A DNA stretch of 64,000 nucleotides from Azolla caroliniana (taxonomy: Eukaryota > Plantae > Polypodiophyta), in the NCBI GenBank assembly GCA_043228905.1, contig JBHGNT010000014.1, positions 12,462,001 to 12,526,000 of the forward strand, written 5' to 3'. This document shows, piece by piece, positions 1-10,335 of this stretch. Below the pieces are notes generated by a model. It had not been told where the DNA came from, did not search any database, and was given only the letters and a program-made list of their open reading frames with translations. The translations under genes and the position numbers were made by a program. Positions within the stretch are counted from its first letter, which is position 1. Every line of letters starts with the position of its first letter.

Positions 1-1
1 C

Positions 2-8
2 TATAAAT
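2..8 (+). promoter_or_regulatory. Candidate TATA box of the extra ORF
   Basis: CTATAAATAG about 110 nt upstream of the first ATG. Confidence 0.4.
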
Positions 9-113
9 AGAAGGAGGAATTGCATGATTATTAGTAACAAGTACAACCACTACACGTAGAGTGAATACTAATTAATTCCTACATTAATAGTAATTACTAA
101 TCTTTAAGTCATC

Positions 114-2741
114 ATGCATAAATTAATATCTTTAAAACATATTTCTGTATCGTCTGTATCGCCAAAACAACGGAAACGAGTGCAGATATCGAAACAGTCT
201 GAGCTTCCTTCGTGCCCTAGATCGCCCAAACTCTGTTTTTCTGATTTTCATCGCTACAGAAACTGTGCAGATCTGCAACTGTCATCGACAAGTGATTCAG
301 AACAAGGAAACACAGAAGTCATGCCGATTCCTGTATCTGACGAACTGCGATTGTGGCTTCATGAGAGAAACTTACAAGGTTTCATCAAAATAGCAGAAGC
401 GGAACCTCATCCGCAGGCGGAGGAATTGATACAACAAATAGACATCACCAAAATCACAACAAAGAAAATACGACATGCATTACAGATGCCAAGAGGAGGT
501 TTTGAGGCAGTTAAAAAACCTTCATCAGAAGCACTCCAATCGTATTTCGGGGAATACTCACCCTCGGCAAAAGCATATCAGACTTATGGGGGTCGGGATG
601 AGTTTTTTCATGAAGTGGCGAGGTTTTTACTAGAGGTGGGATTTGTCAGTCCTCGTTTTTATTGTATGCCGAAAAAAAGGGCTGGGTTTATTATAGCCGC
701 ATATGAAAAAGAGGATTTCAACTGGCCACTATTGTCGGGGGAGGCTCTGAGAGAGCAGCTACAAGGGGTAAAAACAGGAAAACCGATGAAGCAAATTTTT
801 GGCCGTTGGTTATCAGTATTGTTTCCGATTCAAGAATCGGAAATTCCTGTTCAGTCAAGAAGACCACCGATAATACAAGCAACACGAAGACACCGACAGT
901 TAGTACATGAAGAATGGATAGAAGAAGAATCGGCACATGCCAATAATATACAAACAAATATGTCTCAGTCGGAACCACCTAGACCAGAGAATTCCGAAAA
1001 CAGACCACCAGAAACGGTTGACAATTTGAGAAACAAGCAACAGCCAACAGAAAATCGACAAAGAACAAGGATTAAACAAAAGGCTAATCGGCAATTCCAA
1101 CCAGAAAACAGGGAAGGATCAGCACCAAAAAGGCAACGCACAAATGAAAACTCGAATACGCCTGTGGTAACAGAAGTACTAAAACCAGGGGATGAGAGCA
1201 TTTCGACACAACCTCACCAAGGACAATCTTCAAAAGTAGCCATTCGGGAAGCACATGGATACTTGGATATCCCACCAGCAGCACATGAATTAGCGGCCAT
1301 TTTGCAGTTCGGAACTTCATACGAACTGGTTGAATGGTTGGCTAAAAGACTGACAGAAGTATCAGAACGGCTGGCTCAAGAACATAATGACCGAATAATG
1401 ATACAGAAAGCTTTACGAGGAGTGTTGGAACCTCAAGAAAAAGCAGAGATAGAGAAAATAGGCCGGAAAAGAAGTGCACAGCATAGAGGGGAGGCTATTG
1501 AAATGCCACCATTACATGAAGCACTGGTCGAAATTCATAAAGAATATGAAACGGCACGCAAAGCAGCCAGTGATATGGCTGAAAGATACAAAAGTATATC
1601 AGCATCGGCGGAGGTGCTGAAGCATCAGTTTTGTAACATACAAGCAGAAAATAAAGAACTAAAGGAAAGTCTAAACAAATGGGAAACACAGGCACGGCTT
1701 ATGGTGTCGGAATCAGAATGGCAACAGAAATTGGAGGTTACTGAGAAAGCACGACAAGCCGAAACAACAAGGGCCAACAATGCAGTATTTCGAACTATAG
1801 AATTAGAAAAACAATTAGAAACCATTCAGAATGATCAATGCAAAGCTCTCGAAGAAAAAAATCAAGTAATAAACGAATTACAGAAAAATCTAGAAGAAGT
1901 TAAGACGGCCAATCATACATATACCGAACAAATTGAAGAATTCGAAAGGTATATAGTGTCACAGGAAAGTCAATTGACAGAAAAACAGCAGAGTCTTGAA
2001 GAAGTCAACAGAAGAATGACGGAACAGCAGGAGGAATGGAGTAGAGAGAAATCGGCATTCGAACAACAACTGGACGAAATTCGGAAGATAGCGGAACAAA
2101 GACGGCTGGATATATATGTAGTCGAATCCAAATTAATGCGAGCTGAAAGTGAGAACCGAACCACTATTACGGATTTACAGAAAGAGTTGCAAACCGCCCA
2201 GTACGTCGCAAGCATCACTAGGGATAAAGTGCAGCACATCATAGGTAAACATCGAAACCTAGCAAAGAAACTGATTGATGAATCCCTTGCGCAAGGATGG
2301 AAGTTATGGACAGCACAAGCGGCGGAATTACAGATATTGCGTGCCGACAAAAATAACCGTCAGGTACAAGGTGCAGGTTTTTTTAAAATGGCAAAAAAGG
2401 ATATTGACAATATCCAAGAGGATATCATGAAAGATATGGATGAAATTGCGGCATTTTACAGAGAAGAAATTCAACGTATTATGCAAGAATTCGACAAAAA
2501 TGATATAGGCACTTCCGTCCAGTTGGATAAAATCGAAGCCGAAAGAACCAGCAAGACTCCTGGTATTCAACCTGCCGGAAGAAGTGAACCAGAGCAGCCA
2601 ACCGAATCACAACCTGCTCCGAAGGAGGACTGTGACACAGACGAAGATGAAGAAGAAGATATAGGTGGAATACATCCAAGGCCAGATGAACCTTCGATTT
2701 TTGATATTCTGAACGATTCGGATGAAGAGCTACAGGAATAG
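114..2741 (+). CDS. Retrotransposon-borne extra ORF, 875 aa (probable start M70 at 321): N-terminal globular domain, disordered linker, long coiled coil, acidic tail
   Basis: 2.6-kb uninterrupted frame preceded by TATAAAT at 2-8. Heptad-rich E/K/Q region at about aa 400-790. The C-terminus EPSIFDILND is echoed by EPNILDIFDD* at about 41755-41787. No gag, RT or INT motifs. Confidence 0.75.
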   Translation: MHKLISLKHISVSSVSPKQRKRVQISKQSELPSCPRSPKLCFSDFHRYRNCADLQLSSTSDSEQGNTEVMPIPVSDELRLWLHERNLQGFIKIAEAEPHPQAEELIQQIDITKITTKKIRHALQMPRGGFEAVKKPSSEALQSYFGEYSPSAKAYQTYGGRDEFFHEVARFLLEVGFVSPRFYCMPKKRAGFIIAAYEKEDFNWPLLSGEALREQLQGVKTGKPMKQIFGRWLSVLFPIQESEIPVQSRRPPIIQATRRHRQLVHEEWIEEESAHANNIQTNMSQSEPPRPENSENRPPETVDNLRNKQQPTENRQRTRIKQKANRQFQPENREGSAPKRQRTNENSNTPVVTEVLKPGDESISTQPHQGQSSKVAIREAHGYLDIPPAAHELAAILQFGTSYELVEWLAKRLTEVSERLAQEHNDRIMIQKALRGVLEPQEKAEIEKIGRKRSAQHRGEAIEMPPLHEALVEIHKEYETARKAASDMAERYKSISASAEVLKHQFCNIQAENKELKESLNKWETQARLMVSESEWQQKLEVTEKARQAETTRANNAVFRTIELEKQLETIQNDQCKALEEKNQVINELQKNLEEVKTANHTYTEQIEEFERYIVSQESQLTEKQQSLEEVNRRMTEQQEEWSREKSAFEQQLDEIRKIAEQRRLDIYVVESKLMRAESENRTTITDLQKELQTAQYVASITRDKVQHIIGKHRNLAKKLIDESLAQGWKLWTAQAAELQILRADKNNRQVQGAGFFKMAKKDIDNIQEDIMKDMDEIAAFYREEIQRIMQEFDKNDIGTSVQLDKIEAERTSKTPGIQPAGRSEPEQPTESQPAPKEDCDTDEDEEEDIGGIHPRPDEPSIFDILNDSDEELQE

Positions 2742-2743
2742 GC

Positions 2744-2783
2744 GTGGGTTCGCCGTACAAGGTCCTGGCCCACGTGCGTGCCA
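2744..2783 (-). promoter_or_regulatory. Split tRNA-Arg(UCU)-complementary primer-binding-like site
   Basis: The plus strand GTGGGTTCG-[15 nt]-GCCCAC-GT-GCGTGCCA resembles the 3' end of plant tRNA-Arg(UCU) (GTGGGTTCGAGTCCCACnGGGCGTG-CCA, recalled from memory). It lies 2 nt from the LTR. Confidence 0.65.
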
Positions 2784-2785
2784 AG

Positions 2786-3241
2786 TGTTACCCGGACCCG
2801 GACAGTCAGTTTTACCGAACAGGTGGGAAAGCGTCGAAAAACAGAGTCGGTTCGGATCGACTGTTCGGATCAATGACTCAGCAGGAAAACGAAGAGAACT
2901 AAGTTAGTTAGATAATTTTGTAAATCTTGTTAGAGAGTAGGAATAGTTCTTGATGAGAAAAGACCTTCGGTATACCTATAAAAGGGAACCAAAGGCATTG
3001 TAAGAAAGGTCGTTTTATTTAGTAATATAAGTTTAAGTTAGGAATATCTTGTACGGATTCTGTGTTTCTCTGTTGTCTATGATCTTAAGTGCAAGCTTCC
3101 TAATTTATAGCTAAATAACGATCACGAGAATTACCGATTAATATAGCAATTCCGTTCGTAAAACACAATTCCTTGTTAGAACGTTGAGTAGCGACGTTCA
3201 CTCTTCTGTATCGGGAGTAGTTAGTAATTAGCCGATTAACA
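2786..3241. repeat. LTR of X1 (456 bp)
   Basis: TGTTA...TAACA inverted termini; CCTATAAAAG at about 2976; junction with host copia at 3242 (expected TSD CCTTC). Confidence 0.7.
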
Positions 3242-5844
3242 CCTTCGCCACTAACTGGGCTTTGTACCGGTTAACAGAACCGTCGGCGTTGTACTTGACC
3301 TTGTACACCCACTTGCATCCAATCGGTTTACAATGACGGGGAGGATCAACTAGGTCCCAGGTTTCGTTGGCATCGAGTGCCCGCATTTCTTCGTCCATAG
3401 CGGCACGCCAATTTGCGTCCTTTGCCGCTTCTGCGTAGCTCTCCGGCTCGCGCACTTCTGTCACCTTACTCATGTACGCATAATGATGCGCCATGTATTC
3501 GTTGTACCTGTACCGCAAGATGGGATCCTTCTGACGGGTTGATCGGCGCAACGCACCGTCACCTGAATTGAGGCCCTTCTTGGCCAGTTCGGTCTTCAGT
3601 GCCAAAGATCTCCCTTTCTCCTTTCCGGAGTCGGATACGCACCGATCCGACTCATCGTTGCCGGTTTCGAATTCCGGCATCTTCCTCTTCCCCTTCTCTT
3701 TGCGCGTGAACCGTTTCCTCGGTTCCTTGCGCGGGGAGAGCACGGCAGAGTCTCCACCACTTGCCGTCTCTTCATCCGTCTGGTCCAACCGACTCAGTCG
3801 CTCGTTCGGTCCACTCAACCGTAACGACTCCGGACTCTCAGCTTGAGTCCCGGCTTCATCATCCTCTGCCAGGGCTGATTCAGGCTCACTGGCCTGATCT
3901 TCCGGAATTGGGTCGGGTATGGAGTACCAGGATGCCGATTCGTCGAACTCGACATCCCGGCTAACTCGGACTTCCTTCGTCCGGGGGTTATAGCACTTAT
4001 ACCCCTTTTGCTCTTCAGCATAGCTGACTAGGATGCATTTTTCCGATTTTGCATCCAACTTTCTACGCTTCTGATCCGGCACGCTTCTGATCCGATTTTG
4101 CATCCAACTTTCGAAGAATTCGCTCTTCCGCTCAATGAGGTAGATCCAAGTATGCCGAGTATAGTCGTCGATGAAGGAGACGAAGTATCGGCTCCCGCCA
4201 AGGCTTACACTTTGTGTCGGTCCCCACACATCCGAATGGATGAGATCGAGCTTGTTACGGCTCCGGTTCCGTTCGGTGGGGAATGGAAGCCGGTGTTGCT
4301 TCCCAAGTTGGCAGGCTTCACAAATTTCGGCTCTCCGGCCGCTGAACTTCGGCAAACCGAAAACGACTTGTTTCGTTTGCAGATCTTGAAGCCTCCGGTA
4401 GTTGACGTGGCCTATCCGCTTGTGCCACAGGTCGATGTCCGACTCGACCTTCTGTCGTTTCGCGAACAGAGCGGTGCCAACGTCATTGGTGTCGAGGATA
4501 AACATCCTCCCGTCTCTGCGCCCTTGCGCAATGACTTCGCCCTCATCCTCAATGAAGCACCCGAGGTGTGTAAACCGCACCTGCATCCCCTGGTCGACAA
4601 TTTGACCGACGGACACCAGGTTCTTCGTGATTGTCGGAACGTGTAATACGTTCATCAGCTTCCCTTTCTGTCCGACGTGGCTTAGAGGGACTTCTCCGAC
4701 GTGCACTATTTGGGTGAGGAGTGTCGTCTCCGGTTTCGACTACTCCTGGTTGATCTGGTTTCTCCAGAAAGGAGAACCACTCTTTGTGGCTCGTCATGTG
4801 GTTCGACGCGCCGGAATCAACATACCACACTTCCTCCGAGTTGGAAGTGGTCTTCTTCATTGAGTTTGCCTTGTGATTCATCACCAAGGCTGGCCCCTTA
4901 CCGGCCTTTCCGGTTCCGGATCCTCCTGATCCGTTTGCGTAGTGTGAGTTTTGCCGGCCATCCTTACCGGTCTTGCCGGATCCGGATTTGTCCGAATCGG
5001 CACGCTTTCTCCAGCACTCGCTTTCCCTGTGGCCTTTTTTGCCACAGTACCAGCATTCCGTAGCGGATTTGTCTTGCCGGCCTCCGGCACCGCCTTGACT
5101 CCCCCTGCTTGTGGAAGTCCCGGAATTGTTGTCGGCACACTCATAGTGCCTCCGTTCCTGCTCTTGACGGCCGCCTCCATTGTGTGCCGACCCACCTCTT
5201 CCACCACGCCCACAGTGCCGATCCGTTCCCGTGTACAACATTCGGTTGTCCGGGGATGCACTGGTAGATGCTCCGGCGTGGTTCTCCTCTACAAGGAGCA
5301 TCGACTGTAAGTCGAAGAATGAGGGGGTATTCTCCCTTGTACACACCGCAGTCCGGAACGCTCCGAACTTGGACGCCAGGCCTCCGAGACATACCTGCAC
5401 CATCTCGTCTTCCTCTATGGTAACATTGATAGAGGCGAGCGAGTCGCAGATCTCCTTTATCTGGCCCGTGTAGTCTGCCACGGACATGTTCTTCTGTCGA
5501 ACATTGCTCAACTCTTGTCTGAGTTGCAGCTTCCGGGCAGTGGTGCTTGCGGCGAAAACCTTTTTCAGGTTCCCCCAAGCATCCTTCGGTGTCTTGGCAT
5601 CACGGATGTGGCTGAGCAGCTGATCGCCAACACTGGACGCGAAGCAGTACATCACCCTGCTTGCCGCCTGTTCCCATACTGGGAAGTCCTTGTGTGTCGA
5701 GTCTGGCGCCGCATCATTCGGTCCTTCGACATAACTCCAGTACCCGTGTCCAAGCAGGTACTGGTGCATCTTGTAAGACCAGGATGCGTAGTTGCTCCTG
5801 TCGAGCTTCTCCACCAGGAGCAACGTAGCCATGCCTCTATCCAT
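3242..5844 (-). pseudogene. Copia A gag-pol, frameshifted near 4710, integrase core deleted near 4080-4120, RT cut by X1
   Basis: ORFs 4549-5844 and 3228-4706. The INT core present in copia D (CLWSDGGKEY..QNGVAER) is missing. Confidence 0.9.
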
Positions 5845-5966
5845 GTCTTCTATTGTATCTGTTCTCGACCTGTTAGGGTTTTCTTCTCAAAAGTAAATGT
5901 CTGCAGTAGAGGTTCTCAACCCTCGCGCTCTGATACCATGTAAACGTAAGTGTTTGTGGAAAACGT

Positions 5967-6766
5967 TGTCGAGATATTACGCAAGTGTGTGTGGATTAGA
6001 GGCGGGACCGCGGGGGTCTCGAACCAAAGAGCAAGCGAGGGAGGAGAAAGAGAGAGAACCGGCTACGCAGGACCGGGGATACACAGGGACACGGCCCTTC
6101 AGCACGGAGAACGCGAACAGACACCGACACAGACGGATGCGAATGACTAAATATGTGTATTAACAAAATGGCTAACACGACTACAACCCCCGATGGGGCA
6201 CAGGTTGGTTGCAACCGAACAGGCCGGCGAACAGATGCCGATGCCTGTTCGCTTCGACGCACAAACGGGGAAATGGGGGGGGGGTAGCAGGTCGGAGGTG
6301 CTGCCGGAAGCACTCGGGCGTTCCTCGAAACAGCGCGAGCCTCCCCGGAACCCTGCACAGAAAGCTTTGGAGCTCAAGAAGGAAGGAAACAGAGAGAGCG
6401 AAGCGTCCAGAAACGGTCCGACAGCACTTCGTCCTCTCCGCGCCCGATCCCTGCAACAGCTCTTTCCCGCTCCTTATATAGGCCGACGAACAGGCCGTCG
6501 TGTCAGCTTTATTCCCTGTCCCTTTTGGACAGGGATCCGCTCCGTTTTTCACGGATCCGCGTAGTTACGCCGCCGACTCGTACAGTTCGCGCGCGCGACC
6601 GAAAAGACTGTTCGCGCGGTCTTTGTCTCCACTTGAGTTAGGGCCCGTTCCTGCCGATTATCCTCTCAATTCGTTTCTATGTACAACTCGGAGCGTGCGC
6701 GCGTGAAGAACCGGTTCCCACGCCTTGGTGCGCCGATTCCGCCTATGGACGGTTTTCTTCACGACA
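5967..6766 (-). repeat. G1 3' LTR (800 bp)
   Basis: Direct repeat of 12497-13296; adjacent PPT AGGTGGGGGCGGA on the minus strand at 6767-6779. Confidence 0.97.
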
Positions 6767-6837
6767 TCCGCCCCCACCTAACCGCGCATCCTCCGGTATG
6801 CGCCAAGAGAGTTGGGACGGAGAAAACCGGCCCGTCT

Positions 6838-9800
6838 TCATTCCTCGCCCGTCGGTTCTTCTTCATTTTCGGATCGTTCGTCACTGCCGACCAGGAGAGC
6901 CGGGTCTGGCTCGTCGTCGTGTCGCTTCTTGAACGCTTTGATCCGCTTCCCTGCAACCGGTATCGCCATTCTCGTGCCGTCAAGTTCCGCCAGGTGATAT
7001 GTCCCGTTGTCATTGGCGCTCCGTACCACGTAAGGCCCGAACCACCTTCGTGCGAACTTCCGTGTGGCTCGGTGCTGGTTGTCGAGGCTGCTGTCGTAGA
7101 CGAGCACCCAGTCACCTTCTTCGATTTTCTTCGGTCGTAGCCGGTGCGTTCGGTCGAACCGGGCTTTGTTCTTTGTCCTCGCCACCCGGAGCTTCTCCGT
7201 AGCCAGTGCCACGTCCTCCGGTCTCCGCTCGAGCTGTCGTATACGTGCGGCCAACAACTCCTCCCGGCTCATCTCGTCCCTCCAGTCGACCGTTGCCCAC
7301 GAGGAGATCGTCCGTTCAATCGGCATGATCGGCGTCTGGCCGAACATGAGCTCCGTCGGCATGTACCCGGTTACCGAACTGTGCGTGGTCCGGTCTGCCC
7401 ACAAAGCATAAGGTAGCAGCCGCGGCCAGTCACCGGCTCGGCCTCCGCATGCCCGAACCAACGCCTTGACGATCGGTCCGTGTCCGCGCTCCACCTTTCC
7501 ATTCGCCTCCGGATTGTACGCAGTGGTGAGCGAGAGCTTGACTCCAAGCCGGTCGAACAGCTCCGCGGCTTCCTCGGCGTCCAACTCCCCTCGGTCAGCC
7601 ACGATCTTCCCGACGCACCCGTACCGGCATATCACGTCCTCGATCAGGAACCGACACACGGCCGCGGTCGTCTTGTTCTGAAGGGCTCGGCCTTCCACCT
7701 GGTTCGTCAGGTCTTCCCGCGCTAGGACCAGATACCGCATCTGTCCTACTCCCATCGGCATCGTCACCAGATCTACCATCCATTTGAAGTGGATAGTCGG
7801 AGGGTACGTAGGGCGAAGCCCGTCCCGGTGTCGGACTATCGAGTGCATCTGACAACTCTCGCAAGTTGACACGAACCGATGCACGTCCCGGTACAATCCC
7901 GGCCACCAGTACTTCCCCTTCAGCTTCTCAAATGTCGCCCACGTTCCACGGTGTCCAGCCCAAGGGCTGTCGTGGTAGGCCGCCAGTAGCTCCTCCTGTT
8001 CTTCCTTCGTCGCCACCACCCGGAGCGGGACGCCGTTCCTCTTCTTCGGGTGCTTCCACAAATGCCCATCTCGGAGAAAGAATCGATATGCTTTCTTCCG
8101 GATCCGGTTGGCCTCGTCCTTCGTCCATGACGCATCGGGCGTCATCGTCTTCAAAAACCCGCCGATCTGCAGCCATTCCCCGTCGTACTTGCTCGCGTCG
8201 AACTCGTTAAGCGCCGGAGTGCTCATCCCGTCGGTCGTTATGTATGCCGCCTCGAAGAAATCCACGCCGACTTCTTCGTCTTCCGAAACCATGCCGCCCT
8301 CGTCGTCGAACCTCGCCCTCGAAAGCATGTCGGCCATGGCGTTGTCTTTCCCGGAAATGTGTCGTATTTCCGGGTCCAGGGACTTGATGTACGCTATCCA
8401 CCTGAGCATCGCCAGGTCCGGAGTCGCGCATCCGGAAACCATACCGAGAATCGGCAGGCAATCCGTCTCGATGATCACTTCCGTCCCTATCAGGTAGTCT
8501 TTGTCGGCCTTAACCGCCGAAACAATACCCCAGAGTTCGCGTTTAACCTGGGCGTATCCTCGCTGCCGTTCACTGAGGACTTTCACGCCGAATCGGATCG
8601 GCAACCGATTGCCGTCCTCGTCTTCCTGGTTCACGACCCATCCGATCCCGGTCGGACTGGTATCCACCGTTATGAATACCGGGGTACCCTTCCCGTAAAC
8701 CGCCTTCCGGAGTGCCGGTGCCGCTGCAAGGGCCTCTTTCAGCTTCCGGACCGATTCCGCGTGCTCGTCTAGCCATTCGAACCTTCGCTCCTTTTTCAGC
8801 AACCCGTACAGTGGCTCCGCGAGGTGTGCGTAATGCGGGATCCATATGTGGTAGAACGCGCATGCCCCCAGGAATCTCCGTACTTCCGTGACCGAGCTGC
8901 AGTCGGGCTTCATCGCGGAGATGGCTTCTACCTTTGCCGGAGACGGTTTCCGGCCATATGGTCCGCACAGGTGTCCGACCACCATGATTTCTGACTGTCC
9001 GAAGGCCGACTTCTCCCCGGAGAAGGTGAGTCTCGCATCCTCTAGCCTTTGCAGCACCTTCTCGCAGTCGTCGATGTGCGTCGCCACGAATCGCCGGCAT
9101 CCGTCCGGCCCGATCGTCTCGTCCCTTTCTTCCACCGGGCATCCCTTGATCGGGATGTCGTCCAGAAACGGCATGGTGATGTCCGGGATACAGTCCCTCA
9201 GAACCTTATTCATCGCATTCACCATGTGGGCCACCGAGTTGGTCCCTCCTTGCGGCAGTGTACACATCCGAACTAGGCCGAGGGGAGTTCGCATCGTCGT
9301 AATGTCTCTGCTCTCCACGGCTAGCTGGAACTGGTCGTACCCTGAGTATAGATCCCCGACCGAGTAAATTGACCTTCCGGCGAAGGCCTCCGCGAACTCG
9401 TCTATGGTCGGCCCGATCCCTGCGTTCCGAATGGTCACTCGATTGACCGGCTGCAGGTCCTGGATGAAGCGCAGCGAACCGTTTTTCTTCGGTACGGTAA
9501 ACCATCGATTCGAATATGGGGCACTCGACGGCTCGAGAATTCCCATATCAACTTTCTGCCTCAGCAGCTCCATCAACTTCGGGATGTGAGCTCTCGGAAC
9601 CGGGATTGGCTTGAGATTCCATGGTACATGCGGTACCGTGAATATCACCAGCGGCTCCACGATCGTCGGGTCAACGCACCCGATTTCCTCCGGCGAGAAT
9701 GCGAAGGCTTTCCCGTGCCTTCCGAGCATTCTCCGAAACCGGTCTTCCTCCGCCGGCAGTAGGAACCCGCCCCCACCGATTTTGAGCTCTCGGAGTGTCT

Positions 9801-10329
9801 CGTCAGTGAAGGTGTGCCCTATGCAGGCCGGATCTCGTAGACTAGGGTCCGATGCAACCCCTTTGATTCTCGACGCGTTGTCCTCCGGTAAGGGTGCCGC
9901 TACTGGCCTTACCTTCCGGTCCACAGTCTTGTACTTGGTGTTTACGTGGGCCGTCCGAACTGACTCGAGCCCTCGACCGAAGTCCGCGATGACTTCGTAC
10001 ATCTCCTCGGAACACACCGGTATCGTCCGGTCGTCGTTAAGGCCTTCTTCGACTACCTTTCCCAGCATTCCCAAGGTGTCGTCGAATGAGACCGCCTCCA
10101 CGGCTCCGTTGATTTCCTCGTCCGGGCCGAGAACTCCGCACGCTCGAAGTCTCGCCTCCGTCTTTGTTTTCTCTCGGCCGGCGATGCCGACCATCGCACA
10201 CGCTCCGTTGTCGGAGAACAAAAATTCCCTACCTATGGTACAAGGTTTCTTCGGTTTTATCGTACAGGTGTGGGGTTTTCCCGGGGTGTCCGGACTGTCG
10301 CGGCCCCACGCCTTGGCAGCCCTCTCTAA
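6838..10329 (-). CDS. pol: G1 Pol (RT-RNase H-integrase), in the -1 frame relative to Gag-PR
   Basis: RT (LPQG, FLDD), RH (VDTS..E..D..NAMADMLSR), INT HHCC plus DDE (WMVD..ADRG..KVERGH), GPY motif, no chromodomain. The frame is open from the slippery site at 10329. Confidence 0.95.
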   Translation of the reverse strand, partial: LERAAKAWGRDSPDTPGKPHTCTIKPKKPCTIGREFLFSDNGACAMVGIAGREKTKTEARLRACGVLGPDEEINGAVEAVSFDDTLGMLGKVVEEGLNDDRTIPVCSEEMYEVIADFGRGLESVRTAHVNTKYKTVDRKVRPVAAPLPEDNASRIKGVASDPSLRDPACIGHTFTDETLRELKIGGGGFLLPAEEDRFRRMLGRHGKAFAFSPEEIGCVDPTIVEPLVIFTVPHVPWNLKPIPVPRAHIPKLMELLRQKVDMGILEPSSAPYSNRWFTVPKKNGSLRFIQDLQPVNRVTIRNAGIGPTIDEFAEAFAGRSIYSVGDLYSGYDQFQLAVESRDITTMRTPLGLVRMCTLPQGGTNSVAHMVNAMNKVLRDCIPDITMPFLDDIPIKGCPVEERDETIGPDGCRRFVATHIDDCEKVLQRLEDARLTFSGEKSAFGQSEIMVVGHLCGPYGRKPSPAKVEAISAMKPDCSSVTEVRRFLGACAFYHIWIPHYAHLAEPLYGLLKKERRFEWLDEHAESVRKLKEALAAAPALRKAVYGKGTPVFITVDTSPTGIGWVVNQEDEDGNRLPIRFGVKVLSERQRGYAQVKRELWGIVSAVKADKDYLIGTEVIIETDCLPILGMVSGCATPDLAMLRWIAYIKSLDPEIRHISGKDNAMADMLSRARFDDEGGMVSEDEEVGVDFFEAAYITTDGMSTPALNEFDASKYDGEWLQIGGFLKTMTPDASWTKDEANRIRKKAYRFFLRDGHLWKHPKKRNGVPLRVVATKEEQEELLAAYHDSPWAGHRGTWATFEKLKGKYWWPGLYRDVHRFVSTCESCQMHSIVRHRDGLRPTYPPTIHFKWMVDLVTMPMGVGQMRYLVLAREDLTNQVEGRALQNKTTAAVCRFLIEDVICRYGCVGKIVADRGELDAEEAAELFDRLGVKLSLTTAYNPEANGKVERGHGPIVKALVRACGGRAGDWPRLLPYALWADRTTHSSVTGYMPTELMFGQTPIMPIERTISSWATVDWRDEMSREELLAARIRQLERRPEDVALATEKLRVARTKNKARFDRTHRLRPKKIEEGDWVLVYDSSLDNQHRATRKFARRWFGPYVVRSANDNGTYHLAELDGTRMAIPVAGKRIKAFKKRHDDEPDPALLVGSDERSENEEEPTGEE

Positions 10330-10335
10330 AAATCC
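10270..10335 (-). promoter_or_regulatory. -1 ribosomal frameshift signal (G_GAU_UUU plus predicted H-type pseudoknot)
   Basis: The heptamer sits immediately before the Gag-PR UAG; the -1 frame is Pol; the signal is conserved in G2 at 16754-16817. Confidence 0.75.

Larger units (their letters stand above)
1..3241. mobile_element. Partial LTR retrotransposon X1 (one LTR, tRNA-Arg-like PBS and extra ORF; the rest lies left of the window), inserted in the RT of copia A
   Basis: TGTTA(2786)...TAACA(3241) terminal repeat. Copia RT (..AQLVAK|G) is cut exactly at 3241/3242. A PBS-like TGGCACGC lies 2 nt from the LTR on the minus strand. The same layout recurs at 41.4-42.4 kb. Confidence 0.75.

Noticed and set aside
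2744-2783. tRNA gene
   Set aside because: Only the 3' third (T-arm, acceptor strand, encoded CCA) is present; there is no D-arm or anticodon arm.
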